A stretch of 57,895 nucleotides of DNA from a virus (Duplodnaviria; Caudoviricetes). Within the stretch, counting starts at the first letter, position 1. Each line of letters starts with the position of its first letter. Shown piece by piece: positions 1 through 9,782 of the stretch. Under the pieces are notes generated by a model, which was given only the letters and a program-made list of their open reading frames with translations, searched no databases and had not been told where the DNA came from. Made by a program: the position numbers and the translations under genes. The stretch is from IMG/VR virus record IMGVR_UViG_3300020198_000018, positions 1 to 57,895 of that record, one strand, 5' to 3'.

Positions 1-49
1 GAAATAGTTTACTGCTGAAACCTTCTGTGATAAATTCGGGTGCTCGCAT

Positions 50-991
50 TTATTTATTCCGTGGTTGTGGTTGGAATTTGCCGTTATTACGAATACCGGC
101 TGATATTTGGTTTTGTGTACCTGCTTGTTTTTGGTTTACTGCTATTTCGGTACCGTTATTAAAGCTATTAGAAGGGGTATTAGCTCTAGTATTTTTATTA
201 TGTTTTAGTTCCCAAGTTCTGCCTGCTTTGTGCCCTGAGCAATCTTTAGTGCATGGTCTACCGAAGTAAGTAAGTTGTTCGATGATTTCCTGGTCGATTA
301 GTTCGTAGATGAAGTCTGCTTTATTTGCGTATATTGGATTTTTGGCTAGAACCAGGCCACCTATTTGGATAGCGAAATCGGCTGCAATTACTGGTTGTTG
401 TGTTTGTCTATTGTAGAAGTATGAATGACGTTCTGGGTCCATACCTACTTGGATCCAATTTTTGTTATTAAGTGCGTGTTGTGCGATTGATCTAGCTTTA
501 TTGACTGTGAGTGGTATGTATTCGCCGTTCATTGTTGCGATGGGTGATTTATCGGTATGTGCGCGGGCGATATTGAGTGCGCCTTTTTCTGGGACGGACA
601 TTTTAACATTTTTTATAGCGGCTGTTGCTGTGTGTGCTATGACGGTGCCGTTTTTATCGTGGATAGTTGGGATCCAGACGCCGTGGTCTTTATAAGCTGG
701 GATATCTAATCTAAGTTTAACGTGTGTACCTGGTTCGATTTTTGCATTTAGTTTTTCGCGTTTATTGACGTGTAGTGCGTTATGCATTTCGTCATCGGAT
801 GCGGATGGTGGTAATTCGTTATATACTGAGACTGGTTTATATTTATCGACTAGATTTTGGTATTCTGTATTAGACAATTCGCCGTTTTTAAGTTTTTGTG
901 CGGCTGTGGTAAGTTCTGGAATGCGTTTAGTAACATCTTTGTAGTTCAGGAATTTTCTGTCATTATTTTCTAAAATGTCTAATATATTCAT
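50..991 (-). CDS. Hypothetical phage protein with C-terminal CTKDCSGH motif
   Basis: 313-aa ORF with tandem late-promoter motifs immediately upstream; no recognisable catalytic family. Confidence 0.7.
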   Translation of the reverse strand: MNILDILENNDRKFLNYKDVTKRIPELTTAAQKLKNGELSNTEYQNLVDKYKPVSVYNELPPSASDDEMHNALHVNKREKLNAKIEPGTHVKLRLDIPAYKDHGVWIPTIHDKNGTVIAHTATAAIKNVKMSVPEKGALNIARAHTDKSPIATMNGEYIPLTVNKARSIAQHALNNKNWIQVGMDPERHSYFYNRQTQQPVIAADFAIQIGGLVLAKNPIYANKADFIYELIDQEIIEQLTYFGRPCTKDCSGHKAGRTWELKHNKNTRANTPSNSFNNGTEIAVNQKQAGTQNQISAGIRNNGKFQPQPRNK

Positions 992-996
992 TCCAT

Positions 997-1010
997 TATT
1001 TAGTATTTAT
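997..1010 (-). promoter_or_regulatory. Tandem T4-type late promoter motifs (ATAAATA, CTAAATA)
   Basis: + strand TATTTAG 997-1003 and TATTTAT 1004-1010, just upstream of the ATG at 991. Confidence 0.55.
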
Positions 1011-1011
1011 T

Positions 1012-2382
1012 TTATTCAGGTAGGTTATTTAAAAGGTTTCTAAGTTTGGTGCTTTGTACTGATGTTTGTATTTTTGGGTCATTGATTATAGATCGTTGTT
1101 TAATATTATCGAGTAGTGATGAGGTATCGTTGTTATCATCGTCTACTGAATCGGTGATACGGAGTGAATCGATATTGAAGTTGAGGTCGATTTTTTGTCC
1201 TACACCGGACGAGCTACGTGTTTTCATGAGTTGTATTTGGTATTTGCCGCGTTCGCGCATAGCTCTAGAAGTAAAGATACCGAATACATTATCGGCGGTT
1301 TGGATTTTTGATAGGCCGCCTGATATATGTGAGTGGTCGAATTCTACTTCTTCCACGGCTCCTCTATTTAATTGTGATGCGGTGACGAAGATGCAATTTT
1401 TTTCCATCGCCAGGTTTCTAAGTTCTTCGGATACGAATTTATCTTTAATGAACAGGTCTGCTGGGGAGATTTTTTTAGATTGTGGCATTAGTAGGTCTAG
1501 GTAATCTACTAATAGTACATCTACTTTTCTACCTGTTTTGACTTCAAATTCTTTCAGGTAAGATCTGATATCGTTAGCTGTTTTACCGGATGGCATGTAT
1601 TTTACTTGAAGGGATCCGGATTTTTTCTGTAGTATTTTTACTTTCATTTCCACGTCGTCGATATTTTTAAATACATCTTTAGTGGGGATCCCGGTCATCA
1701 TTGAGTCGATACGCATAGAGACTAGTTCTTCAGAAAGTTCGAATGTCAGGTATATTACATTAAGACCGTGTAGTGCCCAGTTTACGCCTAGGTTAGCCAG
1801 GAACAGTGATTTACCGGCTCCTGACCCACCGGCGAAGATATTAAGTTCGCCTCTATTCATTCCGCCGAATAGTTTATCGTCGATGTTTTTCCATCCTGTT
1901 GAAATTTGGCCGTTTTTATCTTTAATTTTCAGTAGTCGTAATTTGGGGTCTTGGAAGTAATCGGTACCCATATCTTTTTGCAGGCCGATTTGGACGGCTT
2001 TTTTTATTTTATCTTCTACTGACCCGTATTCGCCTTTTTCTAGCATATCGGCGGATTCAAGGATGGCGCGTTCGAGACCTTTATGACGGACGAAGGTTTC
2101 GAATTCATTTAGTAGCCAATCGAAGTTTTCTTCTTTTAGGTTAGCTGGGTGAGTTAAGGTTGAATTAGTAGTTGCGTTAACGATATCATACGTTGGCAGG
2201 GTGTTATATTCTTCGACGTAGGTATTGATGAATTGTGCAGCCAGTTGTAATTTTCTATCGAATAGTGAATAGTCGAAAATTGTTTGGCAGCGAACAAATG
2301 TTTCTGCGTCGGCGAGCATCATTTCTAGGTATAATTTTTGGATATCGTACCCGTAATTTATATTTTGTTTCAATGTATCCAT
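1012..2382 (-). CDS. Replicative DnaB-like helicase (T4 gp41-like)
   Basis: Walker A AGGSGAGKS, LLVDYLDL, TASQLNR and KTRSS motifs; next to the primase. Confidence 0.93.
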   Translation of the reverse strand: MDTLKQNINYGYDIQKLYLEMMLADAETFVRCQTIFDYSLFDRKLQLAAQFINTYVEEYNTLPTYDIVNATTNSTLTHPANLKEENFDWLLNEFETFVRHKGLERAILESADMLEKGEYGSVEDKIKKAVQIGLQKDMGTDYFQDPKLRLLKIKDKNGQISTGWKNIDDKLFGGMNRGELNIFAGGSGAGKSLFLANLGVNWALHGLNVIYLTFELSEELVSMRIDSMMTGIPTKDVFKNIDDVEMKVKILQKKSGSLQVKYMPSGKTANDIRSYLKEFEVKTGRKVDVLLVDYLDLLMPQSKKISPADLFIKDKFVSEELRNLAMEKNCIFVTASQLNRGAVEEVEFDHSHISGGLSKIQTADNVFGIFTSRAMRERGKYQIQLMKTRSSSGVGQKIDLNFNIDSLRITDSVDDDNNDTSSLLDNIKQRSIINDPKIQTSVQSTKLRNLLNNLPE

Positions 2383-2386
2383 TCCC

Positions 2387-3349
2387 TTAGTTATTAAACC
2401 AATATTTTTCTGTTAGTTGTATTTTGAGTGGGGATGATTGAATTGAATTGACCACTAAGAATAAAGTTGCCAATCTTCCCAATTTTATCACACAGTCATT
2501 GATATCTTTCACGCCGGGTGGATAATCTGGAATTGCGACTGCCCACCCGTACTCTAGTGCTTGTTTTATAACTTTTCTACCTGCGATATCTTTATCGGGA
2601 ATTAATACTATTTCCTTGTGCAGTTGTTGTAGTAGCCAATTTTGTTGGTCTTTGATTTCTGATCCAAGTAATGCGCAGCCATCTATGCTAATTGCATCGA
2701 ATGGTCCTTCGCACACGAATACAAATTTTCTATCGTTATATTGGTTATCTAGGTTAAAGACGAAGCCCGGTTGTTGTTCGGCTATATATCTAGTTTTATT
2801 ATTATCGATTGTTCTTGCTGTATACCCTACTATTTTATGTTGATAGAAGTAAGGTATTATTAATCTATTCTCGATATTAGGTGTCCAATAGAACTCATAA
2901 TCTTCCAAAAATAGCCCTCTTGAATTTATATATTCTAATACTGGTATTAAGTTTGTTGGTGCATCGTTGATGTAGTTAGTTATTGGTTTTGCATTTAGCG
3001 GCAGTTCTCGTTTATCGAAAGTTGGTATTATTATATTATCGATAGTTTTTATTTGTTCATTAAGCAATTTAATTGCTTCGAAGCTTAGTTTAGAAATGGT
3101 ATCATCTGGTATGTGCAGATGATGCATGAATTGTTTCATGCTTTTACTAAGTTGTCTACCTGGTTGCCAACTTGCTTTAAATCCACAATTAAAGCAATGA
3201 TAAGTAACGGCATCGCCGTCATTAACAATGAAACCGCCTCGTTGTCTTTTATCTGGGCAGCATACTGCATTAAAGCTTATCCACCCGCTGGGAGTTTGTT
3301 TTCGTTTAGGTGGTAGGTATAATTTTAGTGTTTCTGCTATTAGGCTCAT
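2387..3349 (-). CDS. DNA primase (T4 gp61-like)
   Basis: N-terminal Zn-binding residues (CC...HCFNC), TOPRIM CEGPFDA and PDKD, KDIND motif. Confidence 0.9.
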   Translation of the reverse strand: MSLIAETLKLYLPPKRKQTPSGWISFNAVCCPDKRQRGGFIVNDGDAVTYHCFNCGFKASWQPGRQLSKSMKQFMHHLHIPDDTISKLSFEAIKLLNEQIKTIDNIIIPTFDKRELPLNAKPITNYINDAPTNLIPVLEYINSRGLFLEDYEFYWTPNIENRLIIPYFYQHKIVGYTARTIDNNKTRYIAEQQPGFVFNLDNQYNDRKFVFVCEGPFDAISIDGCALLGSEIKDQQNWLLQQLHKEIVLIPDKDIAGRKVIKQALEYGWAVAIPDYPPGVKDINDCVIKLGRLATLFLVVNSIQSSPLKIQLTEKYWFNN

Positions 3350-3357
3350 AATAGCCT

Positions 3358-3386
3358 ATTATATTATATGACTATGATTTTGTCAA
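3358..3386 (-). promoter_or_regulatory. Consensus sigma70 promoter for primase-helicase
   Basis: TTGACA (3386-3381)-N17-TATAAT (3363-3358); ATG at 3349. Confidence 0.8.
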
Positions 3387-4437
3387 CTATTCCTGAATAA
3401 TTCATACCTGTCACGTTATATGCTCCATTGCCGGTGGTGGCAATACCTGTCCATGTAATAGAAGTAATTGATCCGACTGTATAGCTAGACCCTGTTCCGT
3501 TGACGCCAGTAACAGTTATTATAACATCATTGATGTCATTTACTCCCCCGAGATGACTTCCTAATATTTTTATTAGGGATCCATTTGAGTAATTAGTTCC
3601 GGAATTGATTAGTGTAATATCATAACTTTCATTATTTCGGATTACGTTAAATGATGCGCCGTGCCCTGATATTGTGTTGGTTTGATATGAAACCCTGAAG
3701 TATGAATAATCATTGACTGGTAGGTTTGCGCCGTACGGAATTATTCCGGAGAACAATCCATCTGATGTCCAAGAACCAAACGGTTTCCCGGCTTTTTTAA
3801 ATGAATCTATGCTTATGGTATCAGTAGTTGTTGCGTCTACCCATATTGTTCCATTAAAACCAGTTACGTGTATTTCAAGTGAAATATTAGAAGTTGGGAT
3901 TGCTTCATAGAATTTAACTGGTATTGCGCTTGTATGATGAATTGGGGTTCCTTGTAAGTCTATTTCAGCGGTAAATGTATTGAATGTTGTATTATTGCGG
4001 GTAGTTGGTATGGCATTTCCAATGAGTTCAATAATGCCGGTTGCTCCAAATTTTGTATCTGAGTAGAGTAATACATCTTGGCCGTTTTTAATAGCGGTGA
4101 CGCTATAAATAAGGTATTGTGCAGATAGGGATATTACATCATTGGATGGTATTGTAATTTTTCCGATGCCTTTAATAAGGGTTGGTGTTACCTGGTATGG
4201 TGATGAAGGGAGTGCGTTGCCGCTGGCATCCATGATATTAACTTGAATTTGCTGCAAAGTAGATAAGTCTAATCTTTTTTGGTCGGAATTTTTAATGTCA
4301 AATTCTAAGGTATTATCAATGCCATTATATATTTTTATATTTCGTTGGTACACGTTAGTAAACTCCACATTGGACTCACCCATATTAGCAAGAAGATTAA
4401 TTTTATTTGGGTATAAATATATTGATATTTTTTGCAT
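3364..4437 (-). CDS. Hypothetical, probably virion structural protein
   Basis: 357-aa T/S/G/N-rich beta-type ORF; ATAAATA motif upstream (4488-4482). Confidence 0.6.
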   Translation of the reverse strand: MQKISIYLYPNKINLLANMGESNVEFTNVYQRNIKIYNGIDNTLEFDIKNSDQKRLDLSTLQQIQVNIMDASGNALPSSPYQVTPTLIKGIGKITIPSNDVISLSAQYLIYSVTAIKNGQDVLLYSDTKFGATGIIELIGNAIPTTRNNTTFNTFTAEIDLQGTPIHHTSAIPVKFYEAIPTSNISLEIHVTGFNGTIWVDATTTDTISIDSFKKAGKPFGSWTSDGLFSGIIPYGANLPVNDYSYFRVSYQTNTISGHGASFNVIRNNESYDITLINSGTNYSNGSLIKILGSHLGGVNDINDVIITVTGVNGTGSSYTVGSITSITWTGIATTGNGAYNVTGMNYSGIVDKIIVI

Positions 4438-4534
4438 CTAGATGGTCCTGTTGATTATCACGCAAATATGTGATTACTTTATATTTATGCACAAAACATC
4501 GCTAAATATATTTAATAAAAAAATAACTATAATA

Positions 4535-4909
4535 ATGACAACTTTAAGAGATGATATAGAACATAAATTGCCATTTGTAAGTGTAATTACCTATGGTGGG
4601 AATGAGTATATTGGTATAATCATAAACCAAGACCAATTTGTAACTAGTTTTTATGATTTCAATTCTATCCGCACTCAGGTCGAAAAGACTACATTAATAG
4701 AAATAGGTGAGACCTGGTGGTGGGAATCGAACAGGCAGTTTCCTATTTCTATATTTTGTAGGGAGCAGATTCAACCATTCAGTTATGCTATTAAAACATT
4801 TAGTAGCAAAGACACCCGGATTATATTAGGACCCATAGTAAATTTAATGAATTTAAGTATTAAGCGAGCAAAGCGAAAATCGATTACCTTAGTTCGGAAG
4901 GTCAAGTAG
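4535..4909 (+). CDS. Hypothetical phage protein (WWWESNR motif)
   Basis: In-frame ATG at 4535 downstream of CTAAATA (4502-4508); start revised from the ORF track's 4442. Confidence 0.65.
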   Translation: MTTLRDDIEHKLPFVSVITYGGNEYIGIIINQDQFVTSFYDFNSIRTQVEKTTLIEIGETWWWESNRQFPISIFCREQIQPFSYAIKTFSSKDTRIILGPIVNLMNLSIKRAKRKSITLVRKVK

Positions 4910-5455
4910 TTGTTCACATAATAGATTCATTTGTATTATAATAACGTGTGCATAAGCGATTGAGTGTGCTTTTTTAAAATAATACTCGTTATTATCGGGG
5001 TTAATCCAGATCTCGTTCATAATCGTAGTCCAATCTTTCCCAATCAGATAGCGTTTCGCTGGGCGCATCATCGCCAGGACTGCAGCTAATTGTTCCACTG
5101 AAGTCGGCGAGGTCTGTTTCAGAATATCGGCGTGTCCGTTTAAATGAAATAACAGATTCACAAATTCGTCGTTTTTTAAAAGTTCCCATAGTGGTTCAGT
5201 CTCCATTAGTTGTAATAGATGATTATTATTCTTAATGCCGTTATATACGTGGACATTTAGAAAATCAATTTTAAAATACCCCAGTTTTTCAGCACTTTTA
5301 TAATCGATGGTGCTCATATTGGTTATTGGATTATGTGGGATGTTTTGCACATAAATTCCTGTATTATGCGAAACATTTAAGTTTCGTGCTGCTATCACAT
5401 GCGGTAATTTGTTTAATGCAATTGTTCTATCTGAAAAATCTATGTCGATATCCAT
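4889..5455 (-). CDS. Miniature DnaE (Pol III alpha)-like catalytic core protein
   Basis: DIDIDF, HNTGIYV, GYFKIDFL and YYFKKAHSIAYA match C-family polymerase palm/finger motifs in the correct order; only 188 aa. Confidence 0.8.
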   Translation of the reverse strand: MDIDIDFSDRTIALNKLPHVIAARNLNVSHNTGIYVQNIPHNPITNMSTIDYKSAEKLGYFKIDFLNVHVYNGIKNNNHLLQLMETEPLWELLKNDEFVNLLFHLNGHADILKQTSPTSVEQLAAVLAMMRPAKRYLIGKDWTTIMNEIWINPDNNEYYFKKAHSIAYAHVIIIQMNLLCEQLLDLPN

Positions 5456-5623
5456 TTAGTGTAGTACTTCTGATTCAAGCAACATTAATGGTAGGTACTC
5501 AGATAAGAACATTGCATATGCCTCTGCTTCTTCTACATCATCAAACCCTGCGAATTTTATATAAACTGAGTTATCTTCTTCAGCAACAATTATTTCAACA
5601 TCCAATGGTATTTCACTATTCAT
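5456..5623 (-). CDS. Small acidic hypothetical protein (55 aa; not in ORF track)
   Basis: MNSEIPLDVEIIVAEEDNSVYIKFAGF...ESEVLH*; ATGA overlap with the upstream gene and TAA abutting the next ATG. Confidence 0.7.
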   Translation of the reverse strand: MNSEIPLDVEIIVAEEDNSVYIKFAGFDDVEEAEAYAMFLSEYLPLMLLESEVLH

Positions 5624-6306
5624 AATTGTGATTCCTTAATAACTTGTTTAACTAGTTCTACATCTGCGGGTAATAATTTAAATTTATTACTCCAATATGG
5701 TGGATTTATAACATTACTTATAATTATTAATTGCTCGTCGTTCATATTCTGTAATAATGATTTGCCTGATTTTGAATGTAATATTAACCAGGGGCTAATT
5801 TTACCATCTTTTATATCGTAGGTTGCTCGTGGAAGGCTGACACATGAAAAGTATTGATTCCACGTCGAATCAGTAGATTTAGCCCATGACATCATATGAT
5901 TAATACTTCGTTCCAATGCGGTTTCTACATTTTCTGTTTTGATGAGTTCCAATACATACTTATCATATAATTCATCGCGGCACCAATGGTCGAGTTTAAC
6001 ACCGCTATTAATTACATAATCAATAAAATGATTTGGGTATAATGGGTTTACGTTATTAACAAAACTTCCGAATTTTACAAAAGCATTATAATATGGACTT
6101 TTGATAAAGTCGTCATATGTTTTAGAATGTTTCATATTTTGTGTACGTTTATAGAACCGGTTGTAAGTATCAAACCCGATTACCACATGTTTTTCATGTT
6201 GTGCCAATGAACGGCGTTTTTGTTCGCATACATGGGTATGTAAAGTACTTTCGCGGGTATATCCACGATTGCAATATTTGCATACATATGGTTTAGTAAT
6301 CATCAA
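5620..6306 (-). CDS. Hypothetical protein with N-terminal Zn finger
   Basis: CKYC...HTHVC motif; translationally coupled within the replication operon. Confidence 0.7.
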   Translation of the reverse strand: MMITKPYVCKYCNRGYTRESTLHTHVCEQKRRSLAQHEKHVVIGFDTYNRFYKRTQNMKHSKTYDDFIKSPYYNAFVKFGSFVNNVNPLYPNHFIDYVINSGVKLDHWCRDELYDKYVLELIKTENVETALERSINHMMSWAKSTDSTWNQYFSCVSLPRATYDIKDGKISPWLILHSKSGKSLLQNMNDEQLIIISNVINPPYWSNKFKLLPADVELVKQVIKESQL

Positions 6307-6785
6307 AACAGTTTTTTAATATCGTTATTTGAAAGTCCCATATCATTAGCGAGATTTTTCATGTCATTATCATTAAGTAACTTTGATAGTACTTCTATAT
6401 CGTCAAGTTTTTTAGTTGGGTATAATTCAGATAAAAATTTTATTTTTTTATCTGAATTATCAGTTTTCTTTTTATTACCTATCCATTCATGATAATATGT
6501 GTTGCCATCTAATTTACATAGACATAACAACAACCACAACAATTTTGGGTGTTTTTGTAAAATGTGCCAATGCTTATTATAAAATTCGTTCACAGTTAAC
6601 ACATAATGTTCTTGTACTACCCGATTATTAGTTTTTACACTACTGATATATCGGTTGAGGTTATATAAATCCCCTGCAATTTCTTTTTTTCCTTCATCGG
6701 TTGATGCATCCCATAATTCTTTGATCCCAAGGTCAACTGCTGGAATCATATCTTTAAAAAGGTCTATATGTTTATTACGTCCCAT
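6303..6785 (-). CDS. Hypothetical, possibly clamp-loader small subunit (gp62-like)
   Basis: ATG at 6785 (MGRNKHID); size, helical character and context only weakly suggest gp62. Confidence 0.45.
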   Translation of the reverse strand: MGRNKHIDLFKDMIPAVDLGIKELWDASTDEGKKEIAGDLYNLNRYISSVKTNNRVVQEHYVLTVNEFYNKHWHILQKHPKLLWLLLCLCKLDGNTYYHEWIGNKKKTDNSDKKIKFLSELYPTKKLDDIEVLSKLLNDNDMKNLANDMGLSNNDIKKLF

Positions 6786-6878
6786 ATTATACCATATTAG
6801 TTGATGATAGTAAAGAGGATCTCCATTTCTTAGTTTTCTGGAATAAACCAAGTTCTCTGGTGAGCCAGCTGTGTTATT

Positions 6879-7385
6879 TTATAATAATTTATCTAAATAA
6901 ATGATTTCATTTTGTCTAGGTACTTCTTTAACGAAATATGCACATTCTGGGTTTTTGCCAAATTGTAGTGGGGTAGCCAGCAATTGACCATTTTTCATTT
7001 TTGGAAAATACCATTTTACATCATTATAGAAATTAACAATTTCCGCTGGTTTAAAGTCTAACCGATGGGCGCTTAGTGGGTTATATATTAGCGCCTCAAA
7101 TCCTCTATCATTTAGACTTGTCAACGGTAGTACTTCTATATTAGTTGATGTACTACTGTCCCCGACTGCTATACACCAATCAAGTGGCATTGATATTTTT
7201 GTATCACCTATTTTTAGAACCATTGCTGGTGAATTGAATGATTCTAGAAATATAAGTGGGACAAAGTAGAAATCTGGGTCTAATATATTACTGTTATCCA
7301 ATACTGCAAATCTAGTTGTATCGTCGACTTCTTCTGGTAAGTTATTCAATGAAAATGCTTTATTATCTAATGTTAAAATTCTCAT
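6879..7385 (-). CDS. Hypothetical protein downstream of UvsW
   Basis: ATG at 7385 (MRILTLDN); 168 aa. Confidence 0.65.
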   Translation of the reverse strand: MRILTLDNKAFSLNNLPEEVDDTTRFAVLDNSNILDPDFYFVPLIFLESFNSPAMVLKIGDTKISMPLDWCIAVGDSSTSTNIEVLPLTSLNDRGFEALIYNPLSAHRLDFKPAEIVNFYNDVKWYFPKMKNGQLLATPLQFGKNPECAYFVKEVPRQNEIIYLDKLL

Positions 7386-7393
7386 ACTTTTTC

Positions 7394-9217
7394 CTATTTT
7401 GACCAATCTATTTTTTCTACCGTAAACGGGTATTTTGCATCTTTATAGAATTTTTTTCTTTCAGTAAGGTGACGCTTCGCAAACTTACACGTGGAAGTGA
7501 TGTCCCAGATTTGTACGAAGTCTTTATCCTGTGCCTTTCTAATGCCTCTCCCAATAGATTGGATAACACGTGTAAAGCTTTTGCCGGGTTCCAACAATAC
7601 CAAATTAAAAATCCTTGGAATGTTAAGACCAACAGCAGCCACTCCATAAGTAGCAACAATAAGTTTATTGTCACTTGTTTTAACTTCATCATATTCTTCT
7701 TTCCTATCCCTTGTTTTTACTGAACCATGTATAAAAACGGAATCTTCGATTTCATTTATTATAAAATTGCCAGTGTCAAGTCTATTAACTAGAACCAACG
7801 TATTACCAGTCAATGATATTTCTTTTATCATATTGCTAATGTATTGCATTCTATTTTCATCAGTAACTAGGTATTTTAATTCATCGGAATATGCTTTAAA
7901 TTCTGGAATATCTAATAATTGTTTAATATTAACATGACACTGTGATAATACCCCAATTTCCTGCAATTCGTGTGCTTTGATGCCGCCGACTACTTGACCA
8001 AGACTAACAAAAATACTTTCGTATTCATATTTTTCTTTTGGTACAGTACCAGTTAATCCCCAACGGATTGGTGCATTACACAAGTTTTGTGTTAATAAGT
8101 TTTTCAATACATCAGCCTTTGCCATATGACAATTAGCGACAACAGCGCCGTCAACAATATAGTTATGGTCTTGTTCAATATGCAAGTTGTAAATGTTGAC
8201 TGGTTTTTTTATTTCCACCCGGTTAATTAATCTCATATAATCAGTAGATATTATCGCGTGTTTTGTATCCAACTCATCAGCGCGGACCCATCCGTCTGTT
8301 GTCAAGAATCTATGATTCCCAGTGACATTAATACTTGAGCCATTAGTAAATTCCAATTCATACATTAATTCGGTATCTGAATTAGATAAATTTATATGTT
8401 GTTTAATTACGACATCTGTTTTAAAATCGGTAGATTCTTCAGAATAATTAATTACCTTGTCACCTGGTACAATATCTTTTATTGGTTTGTACCCATCTGG
8501 GGTTAATACCTTGCTATCTCCAGAAAAACACTCATCAACAATTACGGCTTTCACATCGTTTAAAAATTCAGCCAATGTTACTATATCGTGATTATTATTT
8601 TTGCTTTTTTTGTCTAGTATGTTTAAACTTTGCCAAGTGCAAATGGTGTGTGTTTTATAAAGTTCTTTTCTATCACCATAATATACCCCGACATCCAACC
8701 CGCAATTTATAAAATCTTCTTCTGTTTGTTCAACCAATGATTTATTAGGAACAATTGTTATAGTTCTGCCATACTGTTCACAAAGTTGTGAAAGTGTTGC
8801 AGTTGTTATTGTGTTATGATGAACTATACCTTGATGGTCATAATATAGATGTGGTGCATCAATCCCAATATCATAAAACGTTGTATCTGTGATAGGTAAT
8901 ATATCAGTTACTATTTGTTGACCATCAATTGTGTCAATACTATTACCTATTTGTAAAGTATCAGCAAATACATCACCCATATTGGAGCGCAATATATGTT
9001 TATTTGCACATTTGACAATTGCGTTATTTTCTAGTGTTAGTTTAATCCCGGTAAGACCTTCTTTTTTTATAACATGATTGATCAGGGTTACCCCAGATGG
9101 GGTTGAAATATAGCATTGTAAGTCTTGTATATTAATTTCTTGATTGTGTATTAATTGCTGGTTTTTAAATTGTGCAGCTAATTCACATAACTTTCCTAGT
9201 TCTATGGTAACATCCAT
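7394..9217 (-). CDS. uvsW: UvsW-like SF2 helicase, C-terminal precursor: IntC (135 aa) + extein containing a cis mini-intein
   Basis: IntC ends ...GIVHHN|T; helicase motifs VPNKSL, DE|CH, GLTGT, QSIGRGIR. Confidence 0.9.
   Translation of the reverse strand: MDVTIELGKLCELAAQFKNQQLIHNQEINIQDLQCYISTPSGVTLINHVIKKEGLTGIKLTLENNAIVKCANKHILRSNMGDVFADTLQIGNSIDTIDGQQIVTDILPITDTTFYDIGIDAPHLYYDHQGIVHHNTITTATLSQLCEQYGRTITIVPNKSLVEQTEEDFINCGLDVGVYYGDRKELYKTHTICTWQSLNILDKKSKNNNHDIVTLAEFLNDVKAVIVDECFSGDSKVLTPDGYKPIKDIVPGDKVINYSEESTDFKTDVVIKQHINLSNSDTELMYELEFTNGSSINVTGNHRFLTTDGWVRADELDTKHAIISTDYMRLINRVEIKKPVNIYNLHIEQDHNYIVDGAVVANCHMAKADVLKNLLTQNLCNAPIRWGLTGTVPKEKYEYESIFVSLGQVVGGIKAHELQEIGVLSQCHVNIKQLLDIPEFKAYSDELKYLVTDENRMQYISNMIKEISLTGNTLVLVNRLDTGNFIINEIEDSVFIHGSVKTRDRKEEYDEVKTSDNKLIVATYGVAAVGLNIPRIFNLVLLEPGKSFTRVIQSIGRGIRKAQDKDFVQIWDITSTCKFAKRHLTERKKFYKDAKYPFTVEKIDWSK
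8132..8530 (-). mobile_element. Contiguous mini-intein (133 aa) in the DE|CH (Walker B) motif of UvsW
   Basis: Starts CFSGDSKVLTPDG, block B VTGNH, block F YNLHIEQDHNY, ends VVAN|C; no endonuclease domain. Confidence 0.9.
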
Positions 9218-9307
9218 GTTTTTTCTTTAATTATTTTTTATTAAAAAGGACCCAAACTCACTGCTGTCGTCAATCGTTATTGATAGCAAAGAATCATAGG
9301 TTTGGCA
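8813..9307 (-). mobile_element. Split intein in UvsW Walker A (IntN 26 aa at 9230-9307; IntC 135 aa at 8813-9217)
   Basis: ATGAGK|CQTYDSLL...* followed by MDVTIE...CANKH...FYDIGID...HHN|TITT; splicing restores ATGAGKT. Confidence 0.85.
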
Positions 9308-9754
9308 TTTACCTGCCCCAGTTGCAATCTCTTGAAGACTTTGTGGATTTTCCAAAAATTTATTAATTGCGTCAACTTGATAATCCCGAAGCATGATGGC
9401 GGTGCCTTCTTCTGTGTGTCCATCGGGCCATACTTTGCCTTGGTCTGCCCAATATGTTTCGGTTACTTTATCAAATTGCAGGGTAACTGGTGTTCTTTCA
9501 TCAATGACTTCATCGATTTGTATTCCCATTTTATATAGAATTTCTAGAATTGTTTCTAATTGATTTAGAAACCCATTTCCACCTAATCCAAATAAACTTA
9601 CATATCCATCCCAGCGACCCAATTTATATGCAGGATGATACTTTGCGTATGGTATTTCGTATTTGAATGTTGCTGTCAATTTTTTTCTGGCGTCGAGTGG
9701 CAAATTTTCAAATTTTATATTTACTTCATCTTTGATAACTAATCTTACTGGCAT
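9227..9754 (-). CDS. uvsW: UvsW-like helicase, N-terminal precursor (149-aa extein + IntN)
   Basis: Q motif LRDYQ and Walker A ATGAGK followed by Cys1 of the intein. Confidence 0.88.
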   Translation of the reverse strand: MPVRLVIKDEVNIKFENLPLDARKKLTATFKYEIPYAKYHPAYKLGRWDGYVSLFGLGGNGFLNQLETILEILYKMGIQIDEVIDERTPVTLQFDKVTETYWADQGKVWPDGHTEEGTAIMLRDYQVDAINKFLENPQSLQEIATGAGKCQTYDSLLSITIDDSSEFGSFLIKNN

Positions 9755-9782
9755 GTGTGCTTTTCATCCTGAAAATTATTTT

